Shown: piece after piece, positions 11,736 through 21,030 of the stretch
How positions within the stretch are numbered: the stretch's first letter is position 1
Layout: each line of letters begins with the position of its first letter
Assembly (NCBI GenBank): GCA_965215365.1
Contig: CBDCDS010000003.1
Location: 864,001 to 928,000 of the forward strand
From: Gammaproteobacteria bacterium
GTDB lineage: Bacteria; Pseudomonadota; Gammaproteobacteria; Eutrophobiales; Eutrophobiaceae
Direction of reading: 5' to 3'
DNA: 64,000 bases
The notes under the pieces: generated by a model
The model's database searches: none
The model's input: only the letters and a program-made list of their open reading frames with translations
What the model was told of the DNA's origin: nothing
Position numbers and translations under genes: made by a program

Positions 11736-11903
11736 ATGAATACTGAACACATCTATACGGCCGGGCTGGGCAAAAACCAGGCCAACTACGCGCCACTGTC
11801 TCCCCTCACCTTCATCGAGCGGGCGGCTGCCGTTTATCCCGATTATGTTGCCGTGGTGCACGGTGAGCTGCGCTTCACCTGGGCCGAGACCTACGGCCGC
11901 TGC
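11736..11903 (+). pseudogene. N-terminal fragment of an acyl-CoA synthetase (AMP-binding enzyme)
   Basis: [23 protein letters not shown]...[10 protein letters not shown]; similarity stops after about 55 codons. Confidence 0.75.
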
Positions 11904-12000
11904 TGGCGTCACCCCGGACCTGGTGCGCATCTCGGTGGGATTAGAAACCATTGATGATATTTTATGGGACCTGAATCAGGCCTTGCGGAAATCCCAGTGA
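11896..12000 (+). pseudogene. C-terminal fragment of an O-acetylhomoserine sulfhydrylase (MetY-like, Cys/Met PLP family)
   Basis: Alternate frame reads [33 protein letters not shown]. Confidence 0.7.
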
Positions 12001-12011
12001 AGGAAAGCACG

Positions 12012-14318
12012 GTGAAAAAGTCAAAAACCATCCGGCAGAAAATCGGTGAGGTACGTGATGCCGCGCTTGACTACCACAGGAAGCCACCGCACGGTAAACT
12101 GACGATCCACCCCACCAAGCCGCTGACCAACCAGTATGATCTGGCCCTGGCTTATTCACCGGGGGTGGCTGCGGCCTGTGAGGAAATTGTACGTGATCCG
12201 GCACTGGCATCGACACTGACTACCCGCGGCAATCTGGTAGCGGTCATCAGCAACGGCACTGCGGTGCTGGGGCTGGGCGCCATCGGCCCACTGGCTGCCA
12301 AGCCGGTCATGGAAGGCAAGGCGGTGCTGTTCAAGAAATTCGCCGGCATCGATGTGTTCGACCTGGAAGTCAATGAAACCGACCCGGATCGGCTGGTGGA
12401 GATCATCGCCAGCCTCGAACCCACCTTCGGTGCCGTCAACCTAGAGGACATCAAGGCGCCGGAGTGTTTTATCGTCGAGCGCAAATTGCAGCAACGGCTG
12501 AGTATCCCCGTTATCCACGACGACCAGCATGGCACCGCCATCATCGTGGCCGCCGCCATCAACAACGGTCTGCGCCTGGTCGGCAAGGAGCTGGCATCGA
12601 TCAAGCTGGTCACTTCCGGTGCCGGCGCCGCAGCACTGGCCTGTCTGGATTTGCTGGTGGCCATGGGGCTGAGCAAGGAAAATATCATCGTCACCGATAT
12701 TGCCGGCGTGGTCTATCCCGACCGGCAGGAGGCCATGGACTCGTACAAGAAACGCTATGCGCGAAATATCCGGGCCCGGACTCTGGGTGCCGCCATCAAG
12801 GATGCGGATGTGTTCCTGGGCCTGTCGGTGGGCAATGTGCTCAAGCCCGCCATGCTCAAAACCATGGCGGACAAGCCTGTCATCATGGCGCTAGCCAACC
12901 CGGTGCCGGAAATCTCGCCGGAACAGGCCAGAGAGGCCCGGCCCGATGCCATTATCGCCACCGGACGTTCCGACTTGCCCAACCAGGTCAACAACGTGCT
13001 CTGCTTCCCGTACCTGTTTCGCGGCGCGCTGGATGTGGGCGCAACCCGCATCAACGAGGCGATGAAGATCGCCTGCGTGAAGGCCATCGCCGACCTGGCC
13101 ATGGCGGAATCATCCGAGGTAGTCAGCCGCGCCTACGGCGGTGGCGACCTGATATTCGGGCCTGACTATATTATTCCCAAACCGTTCGACCCGCGCCTGC
13201 TGGTGCGTCTGGCGCCGGCCGTGGCCCGGGCCGCCATGGACAGCGGCGTGGCGACCCGACCCATCGCCGATTTCAAGAGCTACCGTCAACGCCTGATCCA
13301 GTTCGTATTCCAGACCGGCACCATTATGCACCCGGTGTTCGATCAGGCGGCGCGGGACCCGAAACGGATTGTCTATGCCGAAGGTGAAGAACACCGCACC
13401 CTGCAAGCCGTGCAGCAGGTGCTTGATGAGGGCCTGGCGCGGCCGTTGCTGGTGGGGCGCGCGGAGGTTATCGATCGCCGTATCCGGGAGCTGGGTCTGG
13501 CCATGGTCAAGGACCAGGATTTCGACATCATCAATCCGATCAAGGACCGCCGCTGCCCGGAACTGGCCGAGCTGTACCATGGTATCAAGGGCCGCACCGG
13601 TATTTCGCCGGACGAGGCGCGGCGCATGGTGCGCACGCAATCCTCGGTGCTGGCCGCGCTGCTGTTATTGCGCGGCGATGTGGACGCCATGTTGTGCGGC
13701 ACCATCGGGCCGTTTATCAACCACCTGACCCATGTGCGCGACATCATCGGCAAACGCGCCGGGGTTGAGGATTTTTCCTCCGTCACCGTGCTGGTGTTAC
13801 CGGGCGGCACGTTCTTTCTGTGCGACACCCACGTCAACCCGGTGCCTGATACGGATGAAATTGTCGCCATGACCCTGCTGGCCGCCGAGGCGGTGCAGCG
13901 GTTTGGCATCAAACCCCGCATCGCCCTGGTCTCCCACTCCAACTTCGGCACGCGCGCCAACAGCTCTTCGGAAAAGATGCGCGCGGCGGTTCAAATTCTG
14001 CAACAGCGGGAACCGCAGCTGGTGGTGGAGGGCGAAATGCACGCCGATGCCGCCATCTCAGAGACTATCCGCGCCAACGTGTTTCCCCATTCCAGACTGC
14101 GCGGCCGCGCCAACACCTTGATCCTGCCCAATATCGACGCCGCCAACATCTCCTACAACCTGCTCAAGATGCTGGGCGGCGGCGTCACCGTTGGCCCGCT
14201 GCTGATGGGCGCCGCCAAACCTGCGCATGTCCTCACTAACGCCTCCACCGTACATGGCATCGTCAACATGTCCGCGCTCGCGGTAGTGGAAGCGCAGGGT
14301 CAGGTACAACAGGCGTAA
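12012..14318 (+). CDS. maeB: NADP-dependent malic enzyme with phosphotransacetylase-like domain
   Basis: LAYSPGVA, KPVMEGK, HDDQHGTA, GAGAA, C-terminal PTA domain; GTG start after AGGA. Confidence 0.95.
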   Translation: MKKSKTIRQKIGEVRDAALDYHRKPPHGKLTIHPTKPLTNQYDLALAYSPGVAAACEEIVRDPALASTLTTRGNLVAVISNGTAVLGLGAIGPLAAKPVMEGKAVLFKKFAGIDVFDLEVNETDPDRLVEIIASLEPTFGAVNLEDIKAPECFIVERKLQQRLSIPVIHDDQHGTAIIVAAAINNGLRLVGKELASIKLVTSGAGAAALACLDLLVAMGLSKENIIVTDIAGVVYPDRQEAMDSYKKRYARNIRARTLGAAIKDADVFLGLSVGNVLKPAMLKTMADKPVIMALANPVPEISPEQAREARPDAIIATGRSDLPNQVNNVLCFPYLFRGALDVGATRINEAMKIACVKAIADLAMAESSEVVSRAYGGGDLIFGPDYIIPKPFDPRLLVRLAPAVARAAMDSGVATRPIADFKSYRQRLIQFVFQTGTIMHPVFDQAARDPKRIVYAEGEEHRTLQAVQQVLDEGLARPLLVGRAEVIDRRIRELGLAMVKDQDFDIINPIKDRRCPELAELYHGIKGRTGISPDEARRMVRTQSSVLAALLLLRGDVDAMLCGTIGPFINHLTHVRDIIGKRAGVEDFSSVTVLVLPGGTFFLCDTHVNPVPDTDEIVAMTLLAAEAVQRFGIKPRIALVSHSNFGTRANSSSEKMRAAVQILQQREPQLVVEGEMHADAAISETIRANVFPHSRLRGRANTLILPNIDAANISYNLLKMLGGGVTVGPLLMGAAKPAHVLTNASTVHGIVNMSALAVVEAQGQVQQA

Positions 14319-14320
14319 CA

Positions 14321-14358
14321 ACCTGAAAATGCCCTCCGTGGCATTTTCAGAGGTGGCC
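14321..14358. repeat. Hairpin fragment of MITE family B; possible bidirectional terminator between convergent genes
   Basis: CTGAAAATGCC-ctccgt-GGCATTTTCAG, homologous to 37461-37492. Confidence 0.65.
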
Positions 14359-14368
14359 TGAAGCCCCA

Positions 14369-14845
14369 CTAGCGGCGGGTAAATACGACGCTGTCGGGTT
14401 TGTTCCGCACCACCACTGTCCCCGACAGCTTGTCATGCCAGCCCTGTTTGCGCTTGTCGAACGCAATCCAGATAAAACCCAACCCAAGTGGCAACATCGA
14501 TAACAGATAACCGACATACCTGGCGATATACCGGGGCGCGGACGGCTGTTCCCCGGTCACGGCATCAACCACCTTGGCGGCGATGGCCATCTTGCCCGGA
14601 GTGGCGCCATTGAATACCCAGAACAGAATCACGTAGGCCGCCGGCAGCAGTGCCGAGATCAGAAAGTCTATAAAGAGAGCTGTCGATGCGATGTATGCGC
14701 CGCCGAAAATGATTGCAGAAAGAGGCGTAGTAACCAGCGCAATCAAAAAACCATCAATGAGAAATGCCCAGGCGCGCAGCCAGAAGCCAGCATATTCAAG
14801 ATCATCGCGTTCTGTCTTTTCCACCTGAATTATCCTCCACTGCAT
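14369..14845 (-). CDS. RDD-family membrane protein
   Basis: YAGFWLRAWAFLID, GATPGK, GWHDKLSGT motifs. Confidence 0.9.
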   Translation of the reverse strand: MQWRIIQVEKTERDDLEYAGFWLRAWAFLIDGFLIALVTTPLSAIIFGGAYIASTALFIDFLISALLPAAYVILFWVFNGATPGKMAIAAKVVDAVTGEQPSAPRYIARYVGYLLSMLPLGLGFIWIAFDKRKQGWHDKLSGTVVVRNKPDSVVFTRR

Positions 14846-14936
14846 TTGATATGTTACAGGAAACTGATTTTTAGAGGTGAGTTATTGACTATCTTACCTG
14901 TCAAGGCATAATTCCAGTATGAAAAATACACTGCAA

Positions 14937-15050
14937 ATGCCCCAGTTGACAACAGTAAAACGACCGCAAGCCCAACAAGCCGAAGGGGTGCGCCTTGACA
15001 CTGAAACAAGAGAGAACCTGAAAGGACCAGGCTTTTGGCAGGATGAGTAA
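14937..15050 (+). pseudogene. Remnant C-terminus of a type I R-M methyltransferase (HsdM)
   Basis: QQAEGVRLDTETRENLKGPGF* resembles HsdM C-termini; stop overlaps the next ATG (TAATG). Confidence 0.5.
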
Positions 15051-15475
15051 TGAACATTGACACAACTTTTCTACGTCGTTGTATTCAAAGTCTGGAAATG
15101 GGTTTTCACGAGCTCAATCAGGGTAAACAAGCGGACGATATTCTGTATGACATCTACCGCTCGGCCTGCGTCAAGGAATTTGAGTTGGTGCTGGAACAGA
15201 GCGGCAAGTTGTTGCGCAAACGCATCTCGGCCTACTTTGCCAGCAAGCGGCAAGTGGAGCGTCTGACGCTCAAAGATGTATTTCGCCACGCCGAGAAATA
15301 TGGACTGCTTGAACCCGACGCCGTGGAACGCTGGCTTGTTTATCGTGACAATCGCAACGACACCGCGCATAACTATGGTGAAAATTTCGCCGAGGGAACC
15401 CTGAAACTGTTGCCGTCGTTCATCACCGATGCCACGGCGTTGGCCGGGATAATCGAGGCAGCCAATGACGACTGA
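15050..15475 (+). CDS. HEPN-domain protein (HI0074-like nucleotidyltransferase substrate-binding family)
   Basis: KEFELVLE and RNDTAHNY (Rx4H); overlaps the MNT start. Confidence 0.88.
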   Translation: MNIDTTFLRRCIQSLEMGFHELNQGKQADDILYDIYRSACVKEFELVLEQSGKLLRKRISAYFASKRQVERLTLKDVFRHAEKYGLLEPDAVERWLVYRDNRNDTAHNYGENFAEGTLKLLPSFITDATALAGIIEAANDD

Positions 15476-15602
15476 CAGGCTGTACCTGCAACCCAAACAT
15501 CGCCGGATACTGCAAGCATTACTGCAGGAACACCTGCCCGAAGTAGAGGTCTGGGCCTACGGCAGTCGCATCACCGGCCATAGTAAAACGCCACCGGCTT
15601 GA
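15465..15602 (+). pseudogene. Minimal nucleotidyltransferase (MNT), truncated by an IS481 fragment
   Basis: MTTDRLYL...EVWAYGSRITGH, then runs into IS sequence before the DxD motif. Confidence 0.8.
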
Positions 15603-15800
15603 CCCGACCCAGCCGCACCCGCTTCGCCACGATGCGCCCGACCGTACTCTCGCTCAAAGTCCAGCCCTGCTCGCGCACCCCCACCCGCCAGAGCTTGCGC
15701 TTACCCCACAACGGATAGCGTTGGCGGTTGAGATTAATTCACACACTTAACTACCCGATTTTTTTATCTAAAGAGTCTCACTTGTTTCTGAACCCGGACA
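15574..15800 (-). mobile_element. Deleted IS481 remnant (copy 3): internal fragment plus one end
   Basis: Near-identical to about 9236-9388 joined to about 9710-9782; ends with TGAACCCGGACA. Confidence 0.85.
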
Positions 15801-15913
15801 ACGCGCGTCGCTGTTGGTAGTGGCTCAACTTGAAATGTAACTACTCGCCCCCTCCCTCTAATTCTACTGAATTTTTTGTCAAGGCGTCCTTGACAACATA
15901 GCGTCATGGCGTT

Positions 15914-16606
15914 ATGTTGGTCGTCATGGGGAATGCGTACCGAGGGTCGAAAGCCACGACGGGTCTGTGCCAGCCGCTCATTGCGATGATGCCGCCGCAC
16001 AGTGTGTACATTGAGACACACTTAGGCGGCGGGGCGATTATGCAGCGCAAGCCGGCGGCGTTGCGCAACATTGGGATTGATCTTGATGTGCGGGCGTTGG
16101 CGGGGTTTACGTGTGGGTATCCGGTGGAGTTGGTGCAGGGGTGTTGTCACCGCTGGTTGGCGACTTTTCCGTTTGACGGCACGGAGTTGGTGTACAGCGA
16201 CCCGCCCTACCTGCACAGCACGCGCAAGTCACGGCACCGTTACCGGTATGACTACGAGGACTCAGACCATGAGGCGCTGCTGGCGTTACTGCAGGGGCTG
16301 CCCTGTGCGGTGATGGTGTCGGGGTATCCTTCGGCCTTGTATGATGAGGTGCTGGCGGGCTGGCGCAGTGTGTCCTTGCAGGTGATGAATCAGGGCGGGG
16401 TGGTGACCGAGCGGGTCTGGTTCAATTTTGTGCCGGACCGGGTGCACTGGGTGCGCTATGCGGGGCGCAACTTCACGCACCGCCAGCAGGTCAAGCGCAA
16501 GGCTGAGAACTGGGGGCGGCGTTATCGTGACTTGCCCCCGGCCGAGCGGCTGGCGGTGCTGGCGGCGATGATGGCGGTGGAGGCACAGTGCACATGGCCA
16601 CGGTGA
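15914..16606 (+). CDS. Dam/D12-class DNA adenine methyltransferase
   Basis: YRGSK, YIETHLGGGAI (SAM-binding motif I), YSDPPY (motif IV), MVSGY. Confidence 0.85.
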   Translation: MLVVMGNAYRGSKATTGLCQPLIAMMPPHSVYIETHLGGGAIMQRKPAALRNIGIDLDVRALAGFTCGYPVELVQGCCHRWLATFPFDGTELVYSDPPYLHSTRKSRHRYRYDYEDSDHEALLALLQGLPCAVMVSGYPSALYDEVLAGWRSVSLQVMNQGGVVTERVWFNFVPDRVHWVRYAGRNFTHRQQVKRKAENWGRRYRDLPPAERLAVLAAMMAVEAQCTWPR

Positions 16607-18111
16607 ACAAGGCCTCATTGCGTGCGGAGTTCGAGGCCATCCGAATGCGTTTTAAGGCGTTGTGCGCCGACGGCGCGCTGAGTCCCGAAGGGCGTGCGCT
16701 GTTCGAGTCGATGTTGCTGCTATTCGAGTTGCTGCTGGCGGTGTTCTTAGAGAAGACCACACCGAAGGGGGCGCACAACTCCAGCCTGCCCAGTTCCCGC
16801 ACCGACCCCGATGACAGTGCGCGCACACGGCCCGGCAAGCAGGGCAAGGGGCCGCAGACCGGGACGGTGCCCAGCGCGTCCCGGCGCGTGGTGGCTCAGA
16901 CCCGCACGGTGCCCGTGACCGGCTGCCGGGCCTGCGGGCATGATCTCAAAGGCACCGCCCCCACCGGCCATGTGCGACGAGTCAAGGTCGATATAGTCTT
17001 CGAGACGACCGAGTTGACCATTGACGCCGAGATAAAAACCTGTCCGCGCTGTGGCACTGAGACCCACGGGGCGTTTCCCGATGACATGCCGGGGCCTTTA
17101 CAATACGGCCCTGGCATCGTGGCTTTCGCCACGCACCTGTTAACGGCCCAAATGCTCTCGCTCAAACGTACGGCGCAGACACTTCATGCACTGACCGGGC
17201 GCGCCGTCGCCGAGGCGACCTTACTGGCCTGGCTCACGCGGGTGCATGAGGCCCTGGCCGGGTGGGAGCGGGCGGCTATCGCCCGCCTGCTCACAGAGCC
17301 CGTGCTGCACGCCGATGAGACCTCCTTGCGCATCGACCGCACACAACACTGGCTGCACAGCACCAGTGCCGGGAACCTGGTACTGAAACACTGCCACCGC
17401 AAGCGGGGCGGGGACGCCCTCAAGGACATCGGCATCGTCCCCCGCTACGGCGGTGTTCTCGTGCACGACCGCTGGGCCAGCTACTTCGCCTATGACAACT
17501 GCGAGCATGCCCTGTGCGGCAGTCACCTGTTGCGTAACTTGGCCTTTATCGAGGACGCCCACGGCCATGCCTGGGCCCAACGTATGAGCCGCCTCCTGCT
17601 CAAGACCTGCCGACAGGTGCGCACACATAAAAACAAGGCACTCAGCGAGACCGACTACCAGTCCCTGCGCACCCGCTACCGGACTATCCTGACACAAGCC
17701 AAACGGGAACTCCCCACACCCCCGAAACGGCTCACCGGCCAACGCGGACGGATTGCCCAATGTGAGGCACAAAACCTCCATGATGCCCTCGTCAAGTACG
17801 AAACCGAAGTCCTCCGCTTCGCCCGCGACCCCAACGTGCCGTTCACCAACAACCGCGCCGAACGCGATATCCGTATGGCTAAAGTCAAACAAAAAGTCTC
17901 CGGCTGCTTCCGAACCACCGCCTACGCCGACACCTACTGCCGCATCTCCAGCTACTTGCAGTCTATGACCCTGAAGGGCTACAATCCCCTCGCCGCCATC
18001 GAGATAGCACTCAAGGGAGACGCCGCCACCATGGTGGAAAAACCGCTCAAAAATAAAACGGTTAAGAAAAACCAGATCAGAACAAGAGATCAGGGTAAGG
18101 GGGGCGAGTAG
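16588..18111 (+). CDS. IS66-family transposase (TnpC-like)
   Basis: NSSLPSS, CxxC...CPRC zinc ribbon, LHADET, LVHDRW, FTNNRAERDIR. Confidence 0.93.
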   Translation: MHMATVNKASLRAEFEAIRMRFKALCADGALSPEGRALFESMLLLFELLLAVFLEKTTPKGAHNSSLPSSRTDPDDSARTRPGKQGKGPQTGTVPSASRRVVAQTRTVPVTGCRACGHDLKGTAPTGHVRRVKVDIVFETTELTIDAEIKTCPRCGTETHGAFPDDMPGPLQYGPGIVAFATHLLTAQMLSLKRTAQTLHALTGRAVAEATLLAWLTRVHEALAGWERAAIARLLTEPVLHADETSLRIDRTQHWLHSTSAGNLVLKHCHRKRGGDALKDIGIVPRYGGVLVHDRWASYFAYDNCEHALCGSHLLRNLAFIEDAHGHAWAQRMSRLLLKTCRQVRTHKNKALSETDYQSLRTRYRTILTQAKRELPTPPKRLTGQRGRIAQCEAQNLHDALVKYETEVLRFARDPNVPFTNNRAERDIRMAKVKQKVSGCFRTTAYADTYCRISSYLQSMTLKGYNPLAAIEIALKGDAATMVEKPLKNKTVKKNQIRTRDQGKGGE

Positions 18112-18217
18112 TTACCTTGAAATAAATAAAGGCTTGATCAGTTCAGATTGCTCTATGAAATACAGTCATGCTACACTGCCGATTTATTCTGACCTTTCTG
18201 ATTCGGAGGAAACCACA

Positions 18218-19038
18218 ATGAGCACGTATTCCCCCCCCCCCCCCTTGCTAAATTAACAGCCGTCCTGCTGCTGGCAGTACTGGCGACCCCGGCGGGGGCG
18301 CAGGCACTGCCGGAGATTAGTCTGCAGATAACCGATCTTGCCAGGAACGCTGGCAGGACCGCTGAAAGCATTGTTGGACTATCATGCGGGAGAAGTGAGG
18401 GCGGAATGCCGGTCCAGATAAAAGCCAGCCAGGACGCAAGCGGCGTGACGGTCAACGTGATGGCGCATACCGTATCCGGCCATGACCGGTTTCGGGACCT
18501 TGGCGTGCCGGCCTACGTCAACAGAGGCGTCTACCGGTCGCGCACCACGGCGACCTTTGCGAGCAACTCGACGTCATGGGTTGACCTGAATTCCCTCAGC
18601 GGCAATACCGGATCGCCCTGTTTCCCGGACGACAACCTCATCACCGGAGAGAGCGTGATCCGTGTTGTCTTGCTGCCCGGAACGGGCTACACCATCAATC
18701 CGAATATGCGGATGGCTGAGGTCGTCATCTGGGACGGACCCGGCGAAGAGTGCAGCAGGGTGCGAGGCAATCAAAAACTCTATATGCCCCATCCCCAAGG
18801 CGGCATGGCCTGGGGCGTCTGCACCTGCGCCGCGCAGAGCCAGCACCCCAGCGTCCGGCGGGCCCTGGATCGAACCATCCCCACGCCCGGCGATGATGGG
18901 AGATACGGCACCGATGACGACGGGACAACCCCCGCGCCCGCACCGAGTGAGGGGTTCCTGAGCAACCTGGCCAAACAGTTTCATGATCCCTCTTACCTCT
19001 ACTGCGAGGGATCGCCGTACAGGGGGTTTGGATCATGA
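18218..19038 (+). pseudogene. Secreted Cys-containing protein with a Calx-beta-like segment, out of frame at a C14 tract
   Basis: GGAGG RBS, ATG 18218, C14 at 18231-18244, then signal-peptide-like LAKLTAVLLLAVLATPAGA in frame with ORF 18406-19038. Confidence 0.7.
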
Positions 19039-19423
19039 AGCGTTCCTGATGCCGGCGGGCTGGAATGGTCAGCATGAAGGCATGAAAGAGGGTACTGTGT
19101 CGATAGCCTCGATTGCTGCCCGGGGCGGGAATCCAGTGGAAAAAAGTCCCGAAGGGACACTTTATAAGGTGTCCCCGGCTGACAACATGCCGGGGGCGGC
19201 GCGAGCGACGGTTTGAGCGAATGGATTCCTGCATTCGCAGGACCAATCGGCAGGATAGCCGAATTGCAAACTACATCCATGTAGTTTGCCCCGATGAGGC
19301 CAGCTACGCTGTCCAAATTCGTTCCAGACGAATTTGGACAGCAACAGCTGCCCGCAGGGTTGCGTCCAGAGCCTGCCTCGGTATGGAGTTGAGCCGGGGG
19401 AGGGACGCAATGAGTGACGGCCA

Positions 19424-19439
19424 GGGGGTGAGTAGTTAC
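19424..19439. mobile_element. Orphan IS66-type right terminal repeat
   Basis: GGGGGTGAGTAGTTAC, one mismatch to 18100-18115. Confidence 0.65.
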
Positions 19440-19509
19440 GAAACATGATTGCTATCAATAGGGGCAAACCACCTCCGCAACATGTCGGCGGTGTCGCCCA
19501 GGTTGAAGT

Positions 19510-21030
19510 TCATTTTTGCAGCTTGGCTATAATTGTTTCAATAATGTTTAACGCCTCTGCTGGAGACGGGGAAATTTCAATCAGTGTTTGAAATACTCTC
19601 TGATATATCTGTGTTTCAGGGGTGGCACTTCCGGGTAGCGCGTCCCGCCTAGGGAGATTTTTTAACTCAAGCAGACTTGCTGCTAATGTCTCAAGCGCGC
19701 CGAGCTCATTTTTTTTTCCGCCCGATTTTTCAAGACCCGCTTGCAACGTCGCAATATCGCCCAGTTTTTTGTCGATGAACCATTCCACCGTCTCTTCGGC
19801 AAGGTAAGGGGATGCTGCAAGCTCCGAACTTGCTTGCACTTCCTGAAGAAACGAGTGAAATTTTCGCTTTCTGTTGCGTTCGGCAGAAGCGGCGCGACAA
19901 CGCTTTTCTATATTGCACGTGATAGCACCAAGCTGATTTTCCAGGTTGCGGGTATGCGGGCCGGGTTCAAAATAATCCCGCTTCGCGTTGGGAATAATAC
20001 GCGCGTCAAGAACATGAATTTCCGCCACACACCAACGATTAAAGCGGTCTTCTGTAAAGAGGTGATCGAACAATGTCTCATCGCCAATCTGGATATTACC
20101 GATGCGAGCGCGAATCCCTCTGACAGCGGTCTTTTTCGGCAACGCGCCAGCATAAGACGAGTGTGCAATCCAACCGATGGCGGCAATCCGGTCTGTTTCT
20201 ACAGCCGGTATGGAGATACTTTCAAACTCGGTAAACTCGAACTGTTCCGGCAATGCTCCATTTTTGCCATGCGGCCTTGTTATCGACATGTCCTCCCCGT
20301 TGAGGTGAACGTTCAGTTCCAACGGAGGATGCTCTTCAGGAAAGATATTGGCGATGTTGCCGGTGTATTGAAAATTCGGAATAAACGGAACCGGACATGT
20401 TTCTCCAATATACTCTCGCACAACCTTTGCGTTCAGGATCGACCCTGCTGCGAAACGGGCTATCCCGTCAATGTCCACCTGAAAAAACCGCGCTGGCCAC
20501 TCACTTCCTGACGTGGTCTCAGTGCTGACGCATTCCGCAATGAGTTGTTCCACAGACAGACCAGCAGTCACCTTTTTTCGTAAACCTTTGCCGTCCCAAC
20601 GCACAGAAATAACGGGCTCATCATCCTGTTGACGGGTGTAGAAGGTGACTGAATCGCTGAAAGCCAATCCAGACAGTCTGCCTATGCCCCTGAAGCCGCG
20701 GTCAACCCCGACACGTTTGGTGCTGTTTGCAACAGGTGTCAGTTCCCGCAACGCTTGCGTGCGCGCTAGTCCCAGACCATTATCCCGTATGACTACGCGC
20801 CTGTCGGCAGGGTCGATGTTGATTTCCACCTTGCCCGTATTTGGCGCGTCTGACGCAACGATAGAGTCCGCCGCGTTTTGAATGTACTCGCGGTAAATGC
20901 TCAACGGCGCAGTATGTATGCCGGACGTGAGCAGACTTAACAGGTTACTCCCTGTCAATCTATCGGGCAGGAAGGCGTCTGTAATGATGAGGTTGTTGTG
21001 TTCCGGCATCTCGCACCTGTCAGGAGCCAA
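19510..21030 (-). CDS. GHKL (Hsp90/MORC-like) ATPase
   Basis: YREYIQNAADS (N box), IRDNGLG (G1), GFRGIGRLSG (G2); helical C-terminus; exact start uncertain. Confidence 0.88.
   Translation of the reverse strand: MAPDRCEMPEHNNLIITDAFLPDRLTGSNLLSLLTSGIHTAPLSIYREYIQNAADSIVASDAPNTGKVEINIDPADRRVVIRDNGLGLARTQALRELTPVANSTKRVGVDRGFRGIGRLSGLAFSDSVTFYTRQQDDEPVISVRWDGKGLRKKVTAGLSVEQLIAECVSTETTSGSEWPARFFQVDIDGIARFAAGSILNAKVVREYIGETCPVPFIPNFQYTGNIANIFPEEHPPLELNVHLNGEDMSITRPHGKNGALPEQFEFTEFESISIPAVETDRIAAIGWIAHSSYAGALPKKTAVRGIRARIGNIQIGDETLFDHLFTEDRFNRWCVAEIHVLDARIIPNAKRDYFEPGPHTRNLENQLGAITCNIEKRCRAASAERNRKRKFHSFLQEVQASSELAASPYLAEETVEWFIDKKLGDIATLQAGLEKSGGKKNELGALETLAASLLELKNLPRRDALPGSATPETQIYQRVFQTLIEISPSPAEALNIIETIIAKLQK

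Larger units (their letters stand above)
15837..18115 (+). mobile_element. IS66-family element (no tnpA/tnpB, ISBst12-like) carrying a DNA methyltransferase passenger
   Basis: TIRs GTAACTACTCGCCCCC / GGGGGCGAGTAGTTAC; 8-bp direct repeat CTTGAAAT on both sides. Confidence 0.92.

Noticed and set aside
9760-11796. Housekeeping dnaK
   Set aside because: Divergent sequence, TPR tail, no dnaJ/grpE, and disrupted by an IS.
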